Part shown: positions 63,974-64,000 of the stretch, piece after piece
Numbering within the stretch: the first letter of the stretch is position 1
Layout of the letters: each line of letters opens with the position of its first letter
DNA from: Octopus vulgaris
Taxonomy: Eukaryota
Assembly: GCA_951406725.2 (NCBI GenBank)
Contig: OX597838.1
Span: 42,036,001-42,100,000, forward strand
Length of the DNA stretch: 64,000 nt
Reading direction: 5' to 3'
Translations under genes and position numbers: made by a program
The notes under the pieces: generated by a model
The model's input: the letters and a program-made list of their open reading frames with translations, nothing else
Told to the model about the DNA's origin: nothing
Database searches by the model: none

Positions 63974-64000
63974 CTGAAATGATAATAAAAACAATGTGCC

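Overview
AT-rich, repeat-dense animal genomic DNA. The SINE, RTE-LINE-tail, (CA)n/(TA)n/(CAT)n repertoire looks like an octopus (coleoid cephalopod); this is inferred from repeat resemblance only. All exons were reconstructed by hand from GT-AG sites and phase continuity. Genes: (1) the last coding exon (9108-9320, +) of a probable coronin-type gene; (2) two tandem minus-strand paralogues of the tRNA m5U54 methyltransferase TRMT2A/Trm2. Copy B (43852 to beyond 64000, 5' part outside the window) keeps every catalytic motif and has a long Cys/Glu/Pro/Val repeat tail. Copy A (CDS 13458-31303, about 483 aa, putative 5' UTR exons and promoter at 40.6-41.2 kb) has an intact reading frame but looks like a pseudoenzyme. 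Its SAM-binding motif I, motif IV, target-uracil Gln and catalytic-base Glu are substituted, no RRM is visible, and four consecutive introns are cleanly absent. Yet its nucleophile-Cys exon is almost identical to copy B. Two of its motif-I lesions are G-to-A changes that A-to-I editing could reverse. The rest is TE-derived: a GG-terminated MITE with 8-bp TSDs (3 copies), piggyBac-type MITEs, a deleted mariner, a Helentron-like element, LINE fragments, SINEs, minisatellites and a perfect 42-bp hairpin.
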